Origin: Campylobacter sp.
GTDB lineage: Bacteria > Campylobacterota > Campylobacteria > Campylobacterales > Campylobacteraceae
Direction: 5' to 3'
Length of the DNA stretch: 35,286 nt
Assembly (NCBI GenBank): GCA_012728225.1
Contig: JAAYFN010000004.1
Span: forward strand, 1 to 35,286
Positions 30,940 through 35,286 of this stretch are shown in pieces. The position numbers and the translations under genes are program-made. The notes beneath the pieces are model-generated. The model saw only the letters and a program-made list of their open reading frames with translations. It was not told the DNA's origin and searched no databases. The number at the start of each line of letters is the position of its first letter. Positions within the stretch are counted from its first letter, which is position 1.

Positions 30940-32022
30940 TTAAATTTTAAGATTTGAGGCGAAATTTCGCACATCTTTATCGATAGCGTAAATTTCACTT
31001 AAACTCTTAGGTTTAATGCTGTTAAATTTCGCTAAACTTTCGTAAATCATAGGTTTTATATCTGTAAATTTACACTTTTTATTTAGAAATTTAGAGACAA
31101 ATATCTCATTTGCTGCATTTATTATCACACCAAAATCAGGGTTTTTAACCACTTCATCTTTTAGTGCAAAAATAGGATATTTGTCTAAGTTTATCTCTTT
31201 AAATTTTATATCAGGAAGCTTTAATAGATCAAAATGCTCTAATATAGGCATATCAAGGTTTGGTATAAGTGCATGAGCTATGGCTAATTTCATGTCAGTT
31301 TTACTTAAATGCGCAGTAGTAGAGCCGTCAGTAAAGTTTATAAGAGCGTGAATACTTGAGCTTTGTTCTATCACTGCATCTATGTTTTTAACTCCAAAAA
31401 GCCAAAAAGCCTCCATAACTTCAAAAAGCTTGTTAGCCATCGTAGCACTATCGATAGTTATCTTTGCTCCCATATTCCAGTTTGGGTGTTTTAAAGCATC
31501 AGCAGGAGTTGCATTTTTAAGTTCGCTTATATCTTTATCTCGAAACGCTCCACCGCTTGCAGTTATAACTAAACTCTTTATACTAGGGCTATTTTTAAGT
31601 AGAAATTTAAGCCCAAAATGTTCGCTATCTATGGGAGAAATTTTAGTTGTATCTAGAAATTTACCTGCAACTACAAGGCTCTCTTTGTTTGCTAAAGCTA
31701 GAGTTTTGTTAAGCTTTTGTATGTGGATACTTGGAGCAAGTCCTGCAAAACCAACAAGTGAGTTTATCACAGTTTTGCTTTTACAAACCTCAAGCATCTC
31801 AATCAAACCACTTTTGCCTGCAAAAACTTTACTAACACCCCTAACTTCGCCTCTTAAACTCTCATCCGCCACACAGGCATATTTGGGTTTAAATTTGCTA
31901 ATTTGTTCATTAAGCAAAGATATATTTGTGTTGCAGCTAAGTGCTTCAACTCCTATATCAAAGTTTTTTGCTACTTTAAGGGAGTTTGTGCCAATACTTC
32001 CAGTTGAGCCTAAAATTACCAT
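30940..32022 (-). CDS. dxr: 1-deoxy-D-xylulose-5-phosphate reductoisomerase
   Basis: LGSTGSIG, LANKESLV, PIDSEH and HPNWNMGAKITIDSAT motifs. Confidence 0.98.
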   Translation of the reverse strand: MVILGSTGSIGTNSLKVAKNFDIGVEALSCNTNISLLNEQISKFKPKYACVADESLRGEVRGVSKVFAGKSGLIEMLEVCKSKTVINSLVGFAGLAPSIHIQKLNKTLALANKESLVVAGKFLDTTKISPIDSEHFGLKFLLKNSPSIKSLVITASGGAFRDKDISELKNATPADALKHPNWNMGAKITIDSATMANKLFEVMEAFWLFGVKNIDAVIEQSSSIHALINFTDGSTTAHLSKTDMKLAIAHALIPNLDMPILEHFDLLKLPDIKFKEINLDKYPIFALKDEVVKNPDFGVIINAANEIFVSKFLNKKCKFTDIKPMIYESLAKFNSIKPKSLSEIYAIDKDVRNFASNLKI

Positions 32023-32762
32023 ATCATCACAAGACTAAATCCAACAGCTGCAAAAAGATAACTATCAAGCCTATCAAGCATACCACCATGTCCTGGGAAA
32101 ATTTCACCGCTATCTTTAACGTCTGCTTTTCGTTTCAAATAGCTCTCAAAAAGATCTCCAAAAAGACTAGCTAAAGCTATCCAAAATGTTATTAAAAATG
32201 AATTATTTAGCTCACCCATAAAAAGAGCAGACCATCCACCACCTATAAAAAACACAAACACAAAGCCACCGATAACGCCTTCGATAGTCTTATTAGGTGA
32301 AGTAGTAGTAAATGTTTTTGAACCAAAAAGCTTACCAGCAAAGTATGCTCCTGAGTCCATAGTTGCAACGATTACGATAAGATAGATGAGGTATTTTATA
32401 CCAAGTATATCATAAATGCCCCACATGATAAGAAGTGGCGCAAAAGGATATAGCAGTGCTTGCAGACCTTTTGAGTTTTCGCTGTTTGTGTAGGCATACC
32501 AAGAGCTTAAAGCAAGCAAAGTAAAAACTATAAATTTATAATATCCTGCAAAGCTATTGCAAAGTATCACAGCTAGGACAAACAGCCCAACACCGACGAT
32601 AATAAGATCATTATTTTCTATCTTATATAGTTTAAAAGCTTCAACAAGAGCTATTACAAGCACTAGTAAAAATATAGCCAAGTTAAGCAAATACCAGTCA
32701 AGCCAGATAACAACGAGCAGGGCAAGTATCAGCACGCTAGCAGTTTTAAGACGAGTTTGCAT
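32016..32762 (-). CDS. cdsA: Phosphatidate cytidylyltransferase
   Basis: SPNKTIEG and KDSG..FPGHGGMLDRLDS motifs. Confidence 0.97.
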   Translation of the reverse strand: MQTRLKTASVLILALLVVIWLDWYLLNLAIFLLVLVIALVEAFKLYKIENNDLIIVGVGLFVLAVILCNSFAGYYKFIVFTLLALSSWYAYTNSENSKGLQALLYPFAPLLIMWGIYDILGIKYLIYLIVIVATMDSGAYFAGKLFGSKTFTTTSPNKTIEGVIGGFVFVFFIGGGWSALFMGELNNSFLITFWIALASLFGDLFESYLKRKADVKDSGEIFPGHGGMLDRLDSYLFAAVGFSLVMIW

Positions 32763-32815
32763 AATTTTCCTTCTTTGTACTTAAGTTTTCGTAATTTTAG
32801 CAGATTTAACTTAAA

Positions 32816-34132
32816 CTAAGGCTTGATTAGAGTTATCGTGTCGTAGTTAGTATAGTTGACAAATGCCTTATCACGCACTTTTACATTAGATCTTTTAGTA
32901 AAGTCAACTTCATATCTTCCAGCATTTTTAACACTAAAATTTATACATACTTTAGCTGCAAAATTTATAACATCAGACGTTAAATTTTGTTTGTTAGTTT
33001 TGACTATGACGTGAGCTGAAGGTGCATTTTTTAGATGAAACCAAAAATCGTTTTTTTTGGAATTTTTAAGTAAAATTTCATTGCCTTTTTCATTTTTACC
33101 AACTGAAATTTTATACTCGTTGATATAGAAATTTTCTATATTATCATGCTCTTTTTCATAAGTTTTTTTACCACCTTTTTTGGGAGTTAAAATTTCAAGT
33201 TCACTTAAAGATGATGCGTGAATTATCATCTCTTTTAGACTTTCATAAAATTCTAATTTTTCTTTTAAATTTTCTTCTTCAAGTCCTATTCCTAGTGCTT
33301 TTTGCTTTAGTTTTTTACTCTCATCAAAGAGCTTTTTTGCTTCAAATTTTGGTAAATCATTTAGTTTAAAATCTATACTTTCACCATCAAAATTTGTAAG
33401 TGTAAATTCTCTTTGATACTCTTTTAAACTATGTAAATTTGCGGTTAAAAGTTTAGCTTTTTTTGCAGATATTTCAGCTTTGTTAAGTAGAGTTTCTTTG
33501 CTTTCAAGTTCATCTAAATTTTGTCTTAAATTTTCAAGTTTTTTATCTATTTGAATAAGTTTACTATCTCTTAAATTTTCAAGTTTTTTAGAGTTTATAC
33601 GATCAAATTCTTGCTTAAAGTATACGCCAAAATCCTCTATCTCTTCACTATCTCCCTCTTTTATCTTTATAGGCAAAAGAGTTTCATAAACATGCCCTGT
33701 TTTGATAGTTCGCTTTTGGTTTTCATAGTGACTAAGAGCTTCTAAAATGACCTCTTCTTCATCGCTTATAACTATGTTTGTAAACCTTCCTGTAAATTCA
33801 AAATATATATTTGTGGTAAGTTTTTTATAACTTCCACTTCTACTAGCTTGCAAAAGTAAAATTCTGTTGTTTTCTAAAACTTCTACTCTTTCAAGTTTGC
33901 TTGAGTTAAATCTTTTGGCTAAAAGCACGTCAAACGGCGCTTTATACTCTTTAGTTTGGATGAAATTTTTATCTATATATATGCTTGAGTTGGTTTTATC
34001 CATATCAAACATTATGCTCCATTCTTTGTTAAACTCTATCATCACAACTCTATCACTTATACGTTTAGCAGATGAAATTTGAGAGAATTTAGTAAGAAAA
34101 TTGCCAATTTGAGTTAAAATTTTGTATTTCAT
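32816..34132 (-). CDS. NFACT RNA-binding domain protein (RqcH/FbpA-like)
   Basis: EFTGRFTNIV, coiled-coil middle, VGKN..GN and WFHLKNAPSAHV motifs. Confidence 0.9.
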   Translation of the reverse strand: MKYKILTQIGNFLTKFSQISSAKRISDRVVMIEFNKEWSIMFDMDKTNSSIYIDKNFIQTKEYKAPFDVLLAKRFNSSKLERVEVLENNRILLLQASRSGSYKKLTTNIYFEFTGRFTNIVISDEEEVILEALSHYENQKRTIKTGHVYETLLPIKIKEGDSEEIEDFGVYFKQEFDRINSKKLENLRDSKLIQIDKKLENLRQNLDELESKETLLNKAEISAKKAKLLTANLHSLKEYQREFTLTNFDGESIDFKLNDLPKFEAKKLFDESKKLKQKALGIGLEEENLKEKLEFYESLKEMIIHASSLSELEILTPKKGGKKTYEKEHDNIENFYINEYKISVGKNEKGNEILLKNSKKNDFWFHLKNAPSAHVIVKTNKQNLTSDVINFAAKVCINFSVKNAGRYEVDFTKRSNVKVRDKAFVNYTNYDTITLIKP

Positions 34133-34209
34133 CTGTTCATTATAGTGAAATTTAGCTAAATTTAGATAAAATCTTTAAATTTAGTATAAATTAAACAAGA
34201 GGTTTAGAG

Positions 34210-35286
34210 ATGAAGCAGACAATAACAGAGAAAATTTTTAGCCAACACGCTGGATATCCGGTTAAAGCGGGTCAAATAGTTGATGTTAAAATAGTCATGG
34301 TTATCGGCAATGACATAACAACTCCTATATCGATAAAAGCATTTCGCGATAGTGGAGCTACTAAGCTAGCAAATCCAGACGGTTTTTCTATCGTGATGGA
34401 TCACTATATCCCAGCTAAAGATATTTTAAGCGCTAATCAAGCCAAAATTTCACGTGATTTTGCTTATGAGCATGATATGAAGTATTTCTTTGATGAAAAA
34501 GACATGGGTATTGAACATGCACTTTTACCAGAAAAAGGACTTGTCATTCCTGGTGATGTTATCATTGGAGCAGATTCGCACACTTGCACTCACGGTGCTT
34601 TAGGTGCCTTTTCTACAGGAATGGGTTCGACCGATCTAGCTTACGCGATGATAACGGGTGGGAACTGGTTTAAAGTGCCAGAAACTATCAAAGTTGTGTT
34701 AAAGGGTAGACCCGCATCTCATATCTATGGTAAAGATCTGATTTTAGAAGTTATCCGCCAAATAGGCGTTGACGGCGCACTTTATAGAGCTTTAGAATTT
34801 ACAGGTGATGCTTTAGAATATCTAAACATGGATGATCGTTTTAGCATGTGCAACATGGCTATTGAAGCAGGAGCCAAAAGTGGCATCATAGCTGTTGATG
34901 AGATTACAAAAGCATTTTTAAACTCAAGACCAAGCCTAAGAAGTGAACCTAAATATCACTATTCAGATGAGGACGCTAGCTATTGTCAGGTCGTAGAGAT
35001 CGACACAAGCAGACTTGATCCAGTTGTGGCTTATCCATTTTTACCAAGTAATGGCAAAAGTGTAAGAGAGGCAGTTAAAGATGATTTATCAGTTGATCAA
35101 GTTTTTATAGGAAGTTGTACAAATGGAAGGATAAGCGATATGCGTATCGCAGCTGAAATTTTAAAAGGTCAAAAAGTAGCTAAAAAAACTCGCCTTATCA
35201 TCACTCCAGCAACACAACGTATAGCAAGACAAGCTGAAAAAGAAGGTCTTATAGAGATTTTTATCGATGCAGGTGCAGTTGTAAGC
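34210..35286 (+). CDS. leuC: 3-isopropylmalate dehydratase large subunit (short LeuC/HacA-type), 3'-truncated
   Basis: Hand-translated MKQTITEKIF...DH...GIEH...GADSHTCTHGALGAF...CNMAIEAG...FIGSCTNGR; open to the end of the window. Confidence 0.93.
   Translation, partial: MKQTITEKIFSQHAGYPVKAGQIVDVKIVMVIGNDITTPISIKAFRDSGATKLANPDGFSIVMDHYIPAKDILSANQAKISRDFAYEHDMKYFFDEKDMGIEHALLPEKGLVIPGDVIIGADSHTCTHGALGAFSTGMGSTDLAYAMITGGNWFKVPETIKVVLKGRPASHIYGKDLILEVIRQIGVDGALYRALEFTGDALEYLNMDDRFSMCNMAIEAGAKSGIIAVDEITKAFLNSRPSLRSEPKYHYSDEDASYCQVVEIDTSRLDPVVAYPFLPSNGKSVREAVKDDLSVDQVFIGSCTNGRISDMRIAAEILKGQKVAKKTRLIITPATQRIARQAEKEGLIEIFIDAGAVVS

Noticed and set aside
31382-32038. 218-aa plus-strand ORF
   Set aside because: It lies antisense to dxr with no recognisable motif; a shadow ORF.
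34133-34209. Repeated AAATTTAG units between the NFACT gene and leuC
   Set aside because: Consistent with the ordinary AT-periodic signal of divergent Campylobacter promoters; too low in complexity to call an operator.

Overview
AT-rich Campylobacter-type chromosomal window, mostly core genes. It holds the contiguous S10-spc-secY-map-infA-rpmJ-alpha ribosomal cluster (1761-15441); a nifU-like/murE/panD/ybaB/ispA/tkt operon; tRNA-Ser(GGA); moaC; an SbmA-like transporter; M48 peptidase and EamA genes, each broken by one in-frame stop; a CNNM/CBS protein; a minus-strand NFACT-cdsA-dxr-uraA-tsaD block; and a partial leuC. The main non-routine signals are these. (1) The left edge looks like the end of an integrated element. 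An unlisted ORF resembling a terminase small subunit (1-321) has no large terminase after it. It is followed by a perfect 9-bp inverted repeat (440-466) at the point where an RNase HII start (MICGIDEAG, coupled to the upstream ATPase) breaks off. This suggests a phage satellite integrated in the 5' end of rnhB. (2) A 150-aa lipoprotein (28225-28677) is built from ~11-residue repeats carrying six D/E-x-N-x-S/T N-glycosylation sequons. (3) Candidate structured RNAs: an anti-SD sRNA upstream of moaC, a multi-hairpin leader upstream of rpmJ, and an RBS-occluding hairpin between rpsH and rplF. (4) A decayed YegP/DUF1508 gene lies after the tRNA. (5) Several conserved-site substitutions all give T on the + strand, so some lesions may be sequence errors. 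All family assignments come from recognising motifs by eye; no searches were run.
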